DNA of 64,000 nucleotides from Hemiscyllium ocellatum. Lineage: Eukaryota. Below the pieces are notes generated by a model that was not told the DNA's origin, made no database searches, and saw only the letters and a program-made list of their open reading frames with translations. This document shows positions 12,425-26,473 of the stretch, piece after piece. Positions within the stretch are counted from its first letter, which is position 1. Each line of letters begins with the position of its first letter. Where the stretch lies: positions 33,417,231 to 33,481,230 of the forward strand of contig NC_083435.1 in the NCBI RefSeq assembly GCF_020745735.1. The letters are read 5' to 3'. The translations under genes and the position numbers were made by a program.

Positions 12425-12648
12425 ACTAATGCACCTAACCCACACAATTACTGAGCACTATGGGCAATTTCCCACGAGCAGTTCACATCAGCTGTACATC
12501 TTTCGATTGTGGGAGGAAACGGGAGCACCTGGACGAGATCCAGGTAGACATGGAATGTGAACACCCCGCAAAGACAGTTGCCCGAGGTTGGAATCAAATC
12601 TGGGCCCGTGGTGCTGTGAGGCAGCATTGCTAACCACTGAGCCACCAT
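12425..12648 (-). mobile_element. HE1 SINE, diverged
   Basis: Minus strand begins ggtggctcagtggttagcaatgctgcctcacagc; tRNA-like head and HE1 body. Confidence 0.85.
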
Positions 12649-13423
12649 GTCAGATTTTTAAGATATCCATCACCACCTTCTTTGTAATAAGTACATTTTT
12701 CATCTATTTGTCAACATTCTGTGTTTCCATGTCCTTCTCTACAGTAAACATTGATGCAAAATACTAGTTTAATATCTCCCCATCTCGGGCTACTCCATAC
12801 ATCGGCTGCCTTGCTGATCTTTGAGGGGCTCTGTTCTCTAACAAGTTATCCTTTAATCATTCAGGTATTTATAAAATACCTTTGGATTCTCCTTTACACT
12901 ATTTGCCAAAGCTATCTCATGTCCCTTTTTGCCTTCCTGATTTCTATCTTAATTGTAATCCTGCTGCCTTTATACTGTAAAGATTCACTCGATCTCTCCT
13001 GTCCATACCGGACATATGCTTCCTTCTTTGTCTTGACCAACGCCTCAATTTCTCTAGTCATCCAACATCCTGACATATACCAACCTGGCTTTTCACCCGA
13101 ACAGGAACATATTGTCTCAGGACTTTTTTAATCTAATTTTTGAAGATTTCCCATTCTCCAAATATCCCTTTAGCTGCATACATCCTCTCCTGATCAACTT
13201 TTGAAAGTTCATGCTTAATACCGTCAAAAATGGCCTTCCTCCAGTTTTAAACTTTGACTTTTAGATCTGGTGTATCCTTTTCTATCGCGATTTTAAAATG
13301 AATGGAATTATGGTCGCTGGCCCCAAAGTGTTCCCACACTGAGACCTTACTTAACTGCCCTGAACTTTTTCCCAAGAGTAGGTCGAGTTTTGCACATTCT
13401 CTTGTAAGTATATCCACAAATTT

Positions 13424-13618
13424 GCATCAGAACAAAGTTAAAAATCACACTATAACTAAAGTTATAGTCCAACAAGTTTAATTGGAAACACACAAGTTTT
13501 CGGAGCGACGCTCCTTCATCAGGTAATTGTGGAGGGCTCGATCGTAACACAGAATTCATAGCAAAAATTTGCAGTGTAATGGAACTGGAATTATACATTG
13601 AAAAATTGATTGTCATCA
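13424..13618 (-). mobile_element. Penelope terminal fragment (second family)
   Basis: Minus strand ...cctgatgaaggagcgtcgctccgaaaacttgtgtgtttccaattaaacttgttggactataac..., a typical Penelope 3' end. Confidence 0.8.
13491..13525 (-). ncRNA. Degenerate minimal hammerhead ribozyme motif
   Basis: CTGATGA-A-GGAGC-GTC-GCTCC-GAAA; stem III reads AACT instead of palindromic AGCT. Confidence 0.6.
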
Positions 13619-14537
13619 GAACATTTTCTTTAGATCTTAACAAATTCCTCTCCATATAAACCCTTAAAGCTATGGCAGTCCCAGTCTATGTTTGGAAGTT
13701 AAATTCCCCTTCGATAATCACACTATTATTCTTACAGGTAACTGAGATTTCCAGACAAATTTGTTTCTCAATATCCTGCTGACGACTGGGGAATCTATTG
13801 TACAATCCCAATGAGGTGATCACCCCTTTCTTATTTCTCAGTTCCATCTAAATTACATCCCTGCACGTATTCCCAGAATTATGCTCCTCAAGGGCAGCGT
13901 TTATGTCATCCTTTGTCAAAAATGCCACTCCGTCAAATCTCTAGCTCCCCTTTCTATCCTTCCTACAGCATCTATATCCTGCAACATTAAGCTGCTAGTC
14001 CTGTCCATACCTAGTCATGTTTCTGTACTTGGAATGATATCCCAGTCCCATGTACATAACCATTCCTTGAGTTCATCTTCCTTCACGGCTAGGTCTCTTT
14101 TATTAAAATAAATAGTTTATTTCGTAAATCCTACCTTGTTCTCTGCTTTCTTCCTGTCTGCCCTGACTGTTTGCCTTGCACCATTTCCTAATTATACCAT
14201 CTCAGACTCAATTCTTTCCTTCTCCTTCTCCCAGGGTCCCACCTCCCCACTCCGCACCGCGCCCCTATCCCACCTTACTTGTCTAAATACCCTATCAATT
14301 AAATCTAGAGTCCCCTATCACAATCGACCACTTGGAATCTGATATATCCCTCTTTCCATTGGAGCCATTCTCGGTCCCAGAAACTTGGCTGTTCGTGGGT
14401 TATTCCCCTGAGAGTCCATCACATTTTCCATTTTCCAAAACAGCATACTTGCTTGAATTGAGACTCCTCCACTATCTGAATTCATCTCCTATCTTTCCTG
14501 GCAGTTGCCCATCTTCCTGACTGCTTCTGCGAGTTTT

Positions 14538-14827
14538 GGTGGCACAGTGGTTAGCACTGTTGCCTCACACCGCCAGAGACCTGCGTTCAATTCCTGCCTC
14601 AGCACTGACTACGTGGAGTTTGCACATTCTCCCAGTGTCTGCGTGGGTTTCCTCTGGGTGCTCCGGGTTCCTTCCACAGTCCCGAAATGTGCAGGTCAGG
14701 TGAACTGGCCGTGCTAAATTGCTTGTAGTGTTAGGTGAAGAGGCAAATGTAGGGGTATGGATGGGTTCCAGGTTGGTGCGGACTTGTTGGGCCAAGGGCC
14801 TGTTTCCACACTGTAATTAATCTAATT
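14538..14827 (+). mobile_element. HE1 SINE
   Basis: ggtggcacagtggttagcac (A box), gttcaattcc (B box), body and ctgtaattaatctaa tail. Confidence 0.92.
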
Positions 14828-15749
14828 TTCTCCCTTCCTATAAATACCATCCAACACAAACTCTCACTCCTGTAAATTCCTCCTTTCCCTTAAGTGCTGC
14901 TCCAACTGATGCACGTAATGTGGTAGGATTCTAAACCAAATACATTTACTGCGCACACAATCATCAGTAACTCGGAAACTGTTGCTAATACCTGTATTTG
15001 ACATAAAGAGCAAATCACTCTACTAAAAGCCATCTTTGCACCTTAACAGAGCCAGAACAGGATTGGTAGACAGAGTGAGCAAGAAACAGTGACATGCATC
15101 CACAAGAAAATAGTATATGTCTGGGAGCGGAGTTTATTGGTGATTGTTCCCCATGTACAACTGGTGAAGGAAGTGTAAGTCAGAGTTATTCGTCTGATGT
15201 AGACGGAGGAAACCATATCCTTAAATATCCCATTGATCTCGCTGTCTTTCATCCAATTGAGGGTTGAGTGTTATGGAGTCCCCAGACAGGGAGTGGCCGC
15301 CTTCCCTGAAGGACATTCCCAAGCTAGTTGGGTTTTTTATGACAATCCAGCAACTTTTCCTGGTCACTTTTTCGGAGTGTCTTTCACACAAATTACCTGC
15401 TTCAATGTGCTCTATTTCAGAACCTCGTTTCATGTTGTTAATATTTCTTCCTCATGCTCATGTTTTCGCGTTATAAAAATGAAATACTATACAGCTGTCC
15501 TTTGCAAGGGCGAGGAGTCAACTGATTATCCAATATGGAGGGACATGAGCACACCTGCACCATCGAGAAACAGTGGAAGCATGCAGACTGTGGAAAGGGG
15601 TTTAAATTCAGTTGAATGGCTACTCCTGACCATTTGTGCACTGAAAGCTATTGGCTTCAGACCTTGTTACAAACTTCCTAACTTCAACTGTAATGCTCAA
15701 TCTGGTAACTGTCTGAAACAGACTAATCTCACTCTGATGTTCCATTTCC

Positions 15750-15960
15750 ATTTCAGAGACACGGCCTGCCTCCAGCACAGTCTCGGTTCCATTTGCTGAA
15801 AATCTCATCCAGTCCTTCGTAACCTCGAGACTGAATGACATGAACACACTTCTGCTCCGCCTCATCATCAACTCATCCAACACCCCGCTGTCCGTGTGCT
15901 CACACACACTGAGTCTTGATCTCCTCACACTGAACTCACTCACCTGAAAAGTCTGCAGTT
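15750..15960 (+). mobile_element. L2 LINE C-terminal relic
   Basis: + frame AENLIQSFVTSRLN resembles the L2 ORF2 motif AETLIHAFVTSRLD. Confidence 0.6.
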
Positions 15961-16199
15961 GGAGAAAAGGTATTTCAATTTCCTATCCGTGTTTTCAAAT
16001 CCCAGTATGATAACGATCATTCCCACCTCTGCAATCTCTGCCAGCTTTACAATCCATCATGATATCTCCACTCACCTACTTCTGACCTCTTGACCTTGCT
16101 CAGTTAATCCCCCCACCAATGTCGGATGTTTCTCAGTATCAATTTTTTTAAAAATCAACTTAAGTTAGGAAGTAAAGTAGAGTTGCTGGGCCTGGCAAA

Positions 16200-18870
16200 A
16201 TGTTGTAGCAACAGTGTGTGGACCTGCTTGTCGGTCGTAGTGAATACATCCACATCAAGTGTTAGTTACTCGACTAACTCTGGCTCAGATTGATGAGTTG
16301 GAGCTTGAGCTCCGAACACTGCCACACATCAGGGATGGGGGAATGATTTACCTTGACACTCTGTTTCAGGAGGCAGTCACACAATTTAGATTAAATCCCT
16401 AAAATTCAATGTTCAGAGACAGAAGGGTAAGAGCATGATTGAGACCATTCGCGGGAAACAGAGGGTAGTGCTGAAGCCTCAGTTCTTCAGCTTGTCAAAC
16501 GAATTTGAGATTCTTTGTCCCTGTGTGGACGAGAGTGAAGGCTGTAGGGAGGAGAGCAAACTGAATATAGCACTGTAGCAGAGGGGGCAGAAAAGAGAAA
16601 TGTCATTGACGACACTTTTTTTTCTGTTGCCAGAATCGGGACTGGTTTCAGTTGTATGGAAAGTTGTGGAAAATCTTCAACAGCGGAAGGGCACAGCACA
16701 GGTTAACGTTTCCACAACAAACAACAGAATAGAAAATAAGGAAAGGGTCAAGAATTTCACTTCAGGCAAAGCAGATAAGTGAGAAGGGTGAGGAGAGGGA
16801 CAGGACTGAAAGTGCTGTATTTAAATAACCCAATGTATTAATCAAGGGAAATGAGCTTGTAGCACAGATTGGAATTGACAAGTATGTTATTGTGGGAGTC
16901 ACAGAGATATGGCTGCAAGGGGATCTGGGTTGGAAACTAAATATCCAAGGATACATGTTTTATGAAAGACTGGCAGAAGCACAGGAAAGGGAAAACGATG
17001 AAACTTGTGTGCAAACATCTTTACAGTCATCAGGATGTAGGGAAGAAAATAAATCAGGACTTCGTGATGCCATGTTAGAAAGGCACTATTGCAATAACCA
17101 TGGTTGGTGGGAAGGAAGTCAATATGAACCTGGATTGGGAAAACCAGCTTGGCAATCGATCTCAACAAAATTAATACGTGGAATGTCCCTGAGATTTGTT
17201 TGGAGCAGACTGGGGTAGAAATCACGAAGAAGCTTGCAATTCTAGATCGAGTATTATGTAAGAATGCAGTTTTGATTAGGGAGCTCAAGGTGAAGGAAAC
17301 CACGGGGACAGTGATCATAATGTAACAGAGTTCTCCCTGCAGTCCGAGAGAGAGAAAATTGAATCAGATCTACAAGTATTTCAGTTGAGAAAATGTTACA
17401 ACAAAGACACATTGGCAAAGCTAGCAAAAGTCGACTGGCAGGGGCGAGCCTAGAGAGGAAGGCAGTCAAGCAGCAATGGCAGGAGTTTCTGGGATAATTC
17501 GGTAGACACGACAGAAATTCATCCGAAGGAAGATGACACATACTTAGGGGAGGATGAGGCATCCATGGCTGCCAAGGAAGTTCAGGAAGAGCAGAAAATC
17601 AAAAGCAAAAGCATACAGTGTGATGATGATTAGTGGGAGCCAGAGGATTGGGAAGGCTTTAAAAAACAGCGGAAGATAACTGAAAAAAACAATAAGAGGG
17701 AATACGATGAAATGTTAGAGTAGGCTAGCGAGCAACAGAAAAGAAGAACACAAGAGTTTTTTTTTAATATCTAAAAGCTTTCAGATAGGCTAGAGTGGAG
17801 GTTGGACTGCAGAAAAATGCGGCTGCAGAAGTAGGAATGATGAACAAAGAAATGGAGGAGGAACTGAATATGTACTTTGCATCAGTTATTACAGTGAAAG
17901 ACTTCAGCAGCGCATCAGAACATCAAGAGAGACATCAGGCTGTGGTGAGGGCACTGGCCCGAACTGAGGAGAAGGTGCTGGGGAAGCTCAAAGGTCTAAA
18001 GGTAGTTACGTCACCCTGGCTGTATGGACAACACGCCAGATTTCTGAAGGCGATAGATGAGGAAGTGGCAGAGGTGCTGATCTTTTAGAAATCACTGGAG
18101 TCAAGGAGGGTGCTAGATGACTGGAAAATTGCTCATGCAACACCCCTTGTTTAAGAAGGAAGGTGGCAGAGGCAGGGACTACAGACAGGGTACGCTCGCC
18201 TAGGTTCTTGGAAGACTTTAGAGTCTCACATTAAGAATGAGATGACAGGTAGAGCCTGGCAGAAGACGGAGAGTCAGGATAAAGGGGTCTTTTGCAGGAT
18301 GGCAGGCGGTAACCTGATGAGTTCCATGGGGTCAGTGTTGGGACCACAACTATTCATGTTGTGCATTAACAATCTGGAGAAAAAACGTGTTGCCACGTTT
18401 GCGGATGGCACAAAGGTAGGTCGATGGACAAATAGTGCTGAGGAAGTGGGGAGGCTTCAGAAGGACGTGGACAGGGTAGGAGAGTTGTCAAAGAAGTGGC
18501 TGATGGAACACAGTGAGGGAAAGTGTGAGGTTATGCATTTTGTCAGAAGAATACAGGGATAGACAATCATCAAAATGCAGAAAGGCTTCAGAAATCTGAA
18601 GTACACAGTGAGTTTGGGAGTCCTTGTTCAGGGATTCTCTCAAGGTTAGCATGCAGGTTCAGTTGGTAGATAGGAAAACAAATGCTATTTTAACAGTAAT
18701 TTCAAGGGGACAACAACACAAGATCAGTCCTGCAAGCTGAGGCTGTTTCAGCTCAGGTCAGACCGCATTTGGATAATTGTGAGCAGTTTCCAGCTGTGCG
18801 TCTAAGGAACGATGTGCTTGAATTGGAAGGAGTCCAGATTAGGATTACAGGAATGATCGCAAGCTGAAGG
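16200..18870 (+). mobile_element. Long degenerate CR1 LINE (ORF1 remnant through RT)
   Basis: ORF1-like RxDELELELRTL and LSNEFEIL; EN GVTEIWLQGDLGWKLNIQGY; RT GSVLGPQLFMLCINNL and FADGTK. Confidence 0.85.
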
Positions 18871-18879
18871 GCATTTCAT

Positions 18880-20055
18880 AAAAATAGCAGTTGAGGACTC
18901 TGGGACTGTATTCGATGGAGATTGGATGTATGAGGGCACGTAGGATGGATTGCAAGGGAGGGAAAAGAGGAGGACGACTCATTATTGATGAAAACGTTAC
19001 TGCTGCAACTGCAGAAAATATTTCTAAACAAATCATCCAGTGAAAACATATGGGTGGAAATGAGAAATAAGACAGGAATAATCACTTTGATGGCACTGTA
19101 GGCCGCCCAATAGTCAGGGAGAAACTGAGGAACAAATATGTAGAGAGATCTCAGATGTATGTATGTGGACAATAAGGCTGTAACAGTAAGTGATTTTAAT
19201 TTTCAAAACATTGTCGGAGGCGACTACAACGTTAATAATTTGGATAGTGAAGGATTTGTTAAATACCTTCAAGAATGTTTTTTTTTCAGACTGGAGCCTT
19301 ATCACCAGGGGTGTTCCACAGGGTCCGCTTTTGGGTCCTCTTTTGTTTGTTATTTATATTAATGATTTGGATGAGAATATAGAAGACATCATTAGTATGT
19401 TTGTGGACAATACCAACATTGGTGGCATAGACGGTGAAGAAGCTGGTATTTGTGCCTCCAACCACCACTTGCTCAGGAATTTCATTCCACTTGCAAACCA
19501 CCCCGTGAAGAAGGTTAACTACAATTGCAAAGGGATCTTGATGAAATCAGTCAATGGGCGAGAAACTGGCTAGAAATGAGTTTAAACTGGATGCACGCAA
19601 GGTATTGCATTTTGGTAAAACAAGGGTAGCACTTACACAAATAATGGTAGGGGTTTGGGTCGTGTTGTAGAATAGAGGGACCTAGAGTTGCAGGGGCATA
19701 ATTTTTAGATATTTCCTCCAAATATAGGCAGGTTAGTTAAAAAAGGCGTTTGACACGATGGCCTTCATTGCTCAGTCCTTTATGTATAGGAGTTGGGAAA
19801 ACATGAGAGATTGTCCAAGACATTGATGAGGCGTCTTCTGGAGTACTGGTCTCCCAGTTATAGGAGGGATATTATTAAGGTGGAGCGGGTTTAGAAGAGA
19901 TTTACCAGGATGTTGCCAATTATGAAAGATTTTAATTATACACAAAGGCGAGATCGCCTGTCACTTTTTTACACTTGATCATCGGAATTTGAGAGGTGAC
20001 CTGATTAAAGTTAATAAAATAATGAGATCTATAGATTATGTTAATGGTAGTTGTC
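18880..20055 (+). mobile_element. Further CR1 fragments (EN and RT/3' part)
   Basis: GVPQGPLLGPLLFVIYINDLDENI...FVDNT; RGDLIKVNKIM. Confidence 0.8.
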
Positions 20056-23000
20056 TTTTCTCCTCCATCTATCCCCCTCCCATAATCTCTCCCTTACTCG
20101 CTCTACCTGCCTACTGCACTCCCTCCATTCCTCTCTCTCCCCTGCTCCCACTCTTTCATTTCCCCATTCATTCTCCGCTTCTCCCCATCCCACTCTCTCT
20201 CTAACCCTTCCCACACGCTCTAACCACCTCCCACTCTCTATCTACGTCCACCCAACCTCTCTTTCTCTCCTTCCACCCCACTCTCTCTCTACCCACTCCC
20301 ACTCCCTCTCTCAAACCCCTCACACACTTTGTCTCGCTACACCCGTCCCAATCTCTCTTTCTACTCCCTCTCTCTATGCTATCACAGTCTCTGTCTCAAA
20401 ATCCCTTCCACACGCTCTCTCTCTACACCCCTCCCACTCTCTCTCACCCCCCACTCTGTCTCTTTAGACCACCGTCCAACTCTCTCTCCCAGACACATCC
20501 GTTCTCTATCTCCTCCCACTTTCCTCTCTCTACCTCACTCCCAACCTCTATTCTCCAATCCCTCTCTCCATCCCTGCCACTATCTGTCCCTCCCAGCAAA
20601 TCTCTCTCTCCTCCCCTCCCAACTCTCTCAAGCCCTCCCAGACTCTCTCCCCTGTCTCTCTCTGCACCCTTTCCACTCTCTCTCTCTGTCTCTATCTACA
20701 CCCTCCCACATTCTTTATCCCACGCCTTCTACAGCCGTATTCTCTCTCTACCCTTCCCAGTCTCTCTCTCGACGCCCAAGCACGTGCTCTCCCTCCCTCT
20801 CTGTACCACTCCCTCACTCTCTCTGGAATCCACACCCACTCTCTCTTGCTCTCTCCCTCTCTACCCACACTCTCTTTAACACCTCCCACCCTCTCTGACT
20901 GTCTCTCTCCCCTCACTCTCTCTCTTACTCCTATAATCTCTCAACCCCTTCCACTGTCTCTCCCCCGTTCTCTCTCCCCCCTCGCAATCTCTCTCCCTTG
21001 CACTCTCTCTCACTATCTGCACCCACTCTCGTTCACCCTCTCTAACTACTACACCCCACACACTGTCTACTGAGTCCAATAATGTTTCTCACTCTACACC
21101 CCCACTCCCTCTATCTCTCAGCCCCCTCTCACACTCGCCAGACCCTCCCCTCCTCCCGCTCTCCCTCTGTCTCTACAACCCTCCCACTCTCTCTCTTCAT
21201 ACCCTTCCCACGCTCTCTCTGTCTCTGTCTATCTATCTCTGATGCCCTCTCTCCCTTTCTACGCCCTTCTGCACATTGTCTCAACCCTCTAATTCTGTCT
21301 CTTTACCCCCTTCTCTACCACCTTACACTCTTCCTCTATCTCCCTTTCTACATCCTCTTACACTGTCTCTCTGCACCATCCCTCTAACTCTCTCCCTCTC
21401 TATCCTCACTCAACCCTTAATCTCTCTTCCCCCTCCTACACTCTCTCCCTCTCTGCCTTCCCGCACACCTCCCACACTTCTCTGTCACTACTCCCTCCCA
21501 CTCTCCCTTTCGCTGTCTCTCCACTTGCATTTTGCACCACTCCTACCCTTTCTCTCTCTAATGTCCCTCCTATACTCTCCCTCGCCATCTCTCGCACTCG
21601 CTCTCTCTACCCCGTTACCACTCTCTCTCTGTGCTCTTCCCTCTGACACTCTCTCTTTCTCTACAAACTTCCAAATTTCTCTCTCGATATCCCTCCTACA
21701 CTCTGTACCTTCTTCGCTGCCCCTCCCTCTCTCTTTCGATCTCTCACTGCAAACTTCACACACTCTCTCGCTCTCGCTCTCTCTACCCAGACACCCCTCT
21801 CTCTCTACATGCTCTCTCGCTCCTCCCCAACTCTCTCGACATCACAACTCCAATGCTGGTTCTCTTTCCCTATCTCTACCCTTCTCCAACTTTCTCTCAA
21901 TCTCTCTGTCACCTCACTCTTTTTCTCGCTTTAGCCATGTCCCAAACTTTTTCTCTATTCCTCCCCCAAATTTCTCGCTACACGCTCCCACTCACTCTCT
22001 ACCAGTTTCAATTTCTCTCTGTGTCTCGTCAACTTTCTCTCTTTACTCGTCTCTCACTGTCACTCTTTCTCTCTCTACCACAGTCAAATTCTCTCTCTAC
22101 CTGCTCTTACTGTCTCTCCTCTCTACCTTCCCTCCATTCTATCTCTCTCTACCCTCACCCACTCTCAATCTACCCCCTCCCACTCTCTGTTCTCACCTCC
22201 CACTCTCTGTTCTCACCTCCCACTCTTTCTGTCTCTCTTACCCATTCTCTCTCCCTCCCCTCCTCCTGTTCTCTTTCTCACTCTCTCTCCACCAGCTCTC
22301 CCGCACACACACTCTCTATCAACCTCCCACCTTCATTCTATTTTCGCCCCCTCCCAATCTCTCTACCCCATCCAACTGTCTATCTTCCCCCACTCTCTCT
22401 ACACCATCCCACTGTATCTCTGCATCCCTCACGCTCTCTCGCTTTAACCCACCGCCCTCCCTCTGTGTTTCTAAACCCCTCCCACAGACTCTCCCTCTGT
22501 TTTTCTCTCTCTCTCTGACAGCCTCTCTCACTGCAATTCTCCCACTCTCTCTTTCTTTGTCTCTACCCCTCCACTCTCTTTTACTCTCTCTACCACCCTT
22601 CCAATCTCTCTCTCTATCCGCTCCAATTCTGTCTCTTACTACTCCTAAATTCATCCTTTCTCTTTCGCTCGCTCTCTCTGTCTGCGCCCTCCCACTCACT
22701 TTAGTTCTGCTGCTGCCACTGTCAGTCACTCTGTCTCTCCCTAGTATTTCTCTGCTCCTCTCCTGAGCCCCACTCGCACACACAATCTCTCTCTATCCCC
22801 TCAGTCTCACTTACTCTCTCGCCCCACTTTCTCGAGACATTCCAAACTCTCTCTGTGCCCTCTCTCACTCTGTCTTTCTCTTCCCCTCTCATTCTCTCTC
22901 CATTCCCTCCAACCCCCACCTCTCTCTCTCTAGCCCCTCAAAGCTCTACATCTCTACACCACTCCCACTCTCTCTTTCTCTTTCTACTTCCCGCCAATTC

Positions 23001-25952
23001 CCTCTCTACCACTCTCCCACTCTCTCTCTCTTTGTCTCTCGACACTCCCTCCTATTCTCGCTGTCGACCCTCTTCCAATTCTCTCCCTCCTTACCCCTCC
23101 TCTCTCCCTCGCTCTCCCTTCAGGCCCCCTCACTCTCCAATCCTTCCCATACTCTCTCTTCTCCACTCCCACGCAGTCTCTACCCCTACCTCTCTCGCTC
23201 TACACATCTCCCACTGTCTGTCTTCAAATCCCTCCCACATGTTCGCCCTCTTTCTCTGCCCCTCCCTCTCTTTCTCTCTACATTCCTCGCACTCTCTCTT
23301 TCTCACTCTATAGCCCATCTCAACACTCTTTCATGCTTTCTCTTTCCCCATCTCTGTCTGTACCTCCTCCCACTCTGTCTCTTCCCTCTCCACACCCCAT
23401 TCTCTCTCTCTAACCCCACCCACTCACTCTATTTTCTACCCTCTCAGACTTTCTCTCGACTCACCTTCCACTCTTTTTTGTCTCTCTCTTTCCCATTCCC
23501 TCTCCCCTCCTACAACTCTCTCTCACTCACTTTGCCTCACACTTTCTTTCTACCAACCTCCCAACCTCTTTCTCTCTTCGCCTCTTCCAATCTCTCTCTC
23601 TACCCTGTTCCGCCTTCACTTTCTCGGCCTCTCCCACTAGCTCTCTCTTTAACTCCCACCACTCGCTCTCTATCCTCAGCCCCTCCCTCTCTCTCTCATC
23701 TCTGAAACCCTCCCGTTCTTTCTCTCTAAGTTCCCTCCCACACACGCTCTCTCTCTCTGACGCCCTCTTTCCTTCTCTGCACTTCTCCCACTCTCGCTTT
23801 CTCTCTCTCCCAAACCACTCTCTTTCCTTCTCTCTCACCACCACCCTCCAGCACAATCTCTAGCTCTACCCGCTCTAATTCTGTATCTTTCCCTCTCTAT
23901 CCCTCAAATACACACTTCCACTCTCCCTGTCTCTTTCTCTGCTCCCTACCGTCTCTCTCTCTATCCGCTGCCATTCTCTCTCACTGTCTTCTCCCACTCC
24001 CACATTCTCTCTTCCCTGCCAATCTTTCTCTCTCTACCCCTTTTGTATCTCACTCTCTACACCCTTCCCACTATCTCTAAGCCCCTCTACTCACTTTCTC
24101 TCACTCTCTCCCCACTCACTCTCTCTATATCCCCCTCTCTGTCTGAATCCCGCCCATTCTCTCATTACCCACTCTCTCGCTCTCTCCTCCGTCCACTCTC
24201 TCTCTCTCGACATCATTAATCCCATGCTGCCTCTCTCTCTCCTCTCTATCCTACTCCAAATTTCTCTCTCTCTCCCCACTGTCTCCCCATGCTCTCTTTA
24301 TATCCTATTCCCACACTCTTCCTCTCTTCAGCCCCTCCTAATCTCTCTTTCTACCCCTCCCAAACTCTCTCTTCCTCCACTCTCTCTCCCACCTCCCACT
24401 CCGTCTCAACATCTCTCTCTCTCTCTCTCCTACTCTTTCTACAACTCTCCCACTCTCTCTAATGCCCTCCAAGTCTCTCTCCCTCTCTCTGTGGCACTGT
24501 CATTTACTCTCTCTGCACTCTGACCACTCTCACATTCCCTCTCTTTGAACCTCCCTCCCTTTTATCACCGTCTCTTGCTACAAGCCGCCCCACACTGTCT
24601 CTAACCGTAAAATTTCCTCTATCTCTTCTCCCATATACACTCTTTCGTTCTCTCTCTCAATCGATGCCCTCTCACTACACACTGCCAATTTCTCTCTCTC
24701 TTTCGCCCCACTCTTTTTCTCCTGCTCCCAAACTCTTTCTACGCACCTCGCTTTTGCCCCCTCACACGCTCTCCCATCCCTCTTTCATTGCTCTCTCTCC
24801 CCTTCCTAGTCTCTCTCTCTCTCTCTGCATCTCTCCCATTCTGTCTCTACCCCACTACACACACTCTCTCTAAACCCCTCCAACTCGCAATCTCTCCCCA
24901 CCCACTTTCTCCCTCTCCCCACACTCTCTCCCACTGCCTCCATCCCTCTCTCTTGTTCTCTCTCTATCTCCCTCCCACTCTCTACTTCTCTAACACCTAG
25001 CCTAGCTATTTCTCTCACTCTCTCTACCTCATCTCACTCTCTTTCGCTCTCTCACTACTACTCTCCATTCTCTCTCTCTCTCTGCCCCTTCCAATTCTGT
25101 CTCTCTCGCTATTGCATTTCGACTCTCTCTCTCACTCTCCACCCCACACTCTTTCTACCCCCTCCCACTCCGTCCCTCTACAACCCTCCCACTCTCTCTC
25201 TCCACCCAGCTCCCACTCTCTCTTCCCCAGTAACTCGCTCTGTCTTTCTCTCTCTGTCTCTCACCCTCTAACCCTCTCTCTCAACACCTTCCACAAGTCT
25301 ACCTCTCTCTCTCTATGTTCGCTGCAAACCTCCCCATCTCTCTCATTCTGCTCTTGTCCCACTCTCGATTTCTCTCTCTCTACACCTTCCCACTCTCTTT
25401 ACCCCTCTCTGTCTCTCTAACCTACCCACATACTCTCTCAGTCCCTCCCATTCTCCATCTCTCTCTACTTCCTCTCTCACAGTGTACTCCATCCCACTAT
25501 TTCGATCCCCACTCCGACTCTCTTATTCTCTCTACGTACCTTCCAATATTTATTTCTCTCTCTCCTCCCTATTCTCCCTCTTCCCCACCTACTCTCTCTC
25601 AAACCTCTCCCATACTCATCTCTCTACACCCAAGCGTTATATCTCTCTCTCTCCACATACTCCTCTGCCACTATCTCGACTCTCACTCCTACTCCTTGTC
25701 GCTTCTCACCTCCCACTCTTTCGCGGTCTCCTCATAACTCTTTCTCTTCCCCACCCAACTCTCTCTCTACCCCGTTCCACTCTATCTGTTTAACTACATT
25801 CTCACTTTCCCTCTCTCGCGCCCTCCAACTCAGTCTTTCTCCCCCACCCATTCTGTCTCTATTCCTTCCCACTCTCTCTCTACACCACTCCCCTTTCGCT
25901 GTATCTTTTTCTCACTCTCTACAACCCACCCTCATTCTCTTTCCTCTTCCTC

Positions 25953-26473
25953 ATGCAGCTGAGGAAATTTGACATCATGGTGAATACCCTTGCCAACTTA
26001 TATTGGTGCAGCATTGAGAGCACTCTCTCTGGATGTATCACCAGCTGGTACGGCAATTGCATCATTCAAGAACGGAGACTGTTACAGAGAGCGGTGAACT
26101 CGGTCCAGGCAATCACAGAGGCCAAAATCATATCTATAGAATTCAACTACCTGGCAGGCTGTCAAGTAAAGGCTGTTAGCATTCTCAAAGATCTATCCCA
26201 CCCTGGCAAAGTCTTCCTCGATCCTCTACCATCAGGAGAAGGTACAGATGCCTGAACACATACACAAGGCCGTTTCGAAACTGCTTTTACCCTATTGTTG
26301 TTCGATACTGAATGGACTCACAAACTTTTAACATTCGCCAGTGTTTTTGTCTTTGCCGATGATTACCTGTTATTTATTTATCTATGCGACTTAACTATGT
26401 GATCTGCCTGTATTGCTTTCAAGACGAAGCGTTTCACTGTGCCCCAGTGCATGTGAAAATAATTTCAATTCAA
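25953..26473 (+). mobile_element. Rex1/Babar LINE 3' fragment
   Basis: LRKF...TLANLYWCSIESTLSGCITSWYGNC...LQRAVNS...LKDLSHPG...PLPSG; (CAATT)n tail continues at 27609-27626. Confidence 0.8.

Larger units (their letters stand above)
12655..14520 (-). mobile_element. CR1 LINE fragments (endonuclease to linker), interrupted by a Penelope end
   Basis: Minus-strand similarity to CR1 ORF2 EN and linker; many stops. Confidence 0.7.
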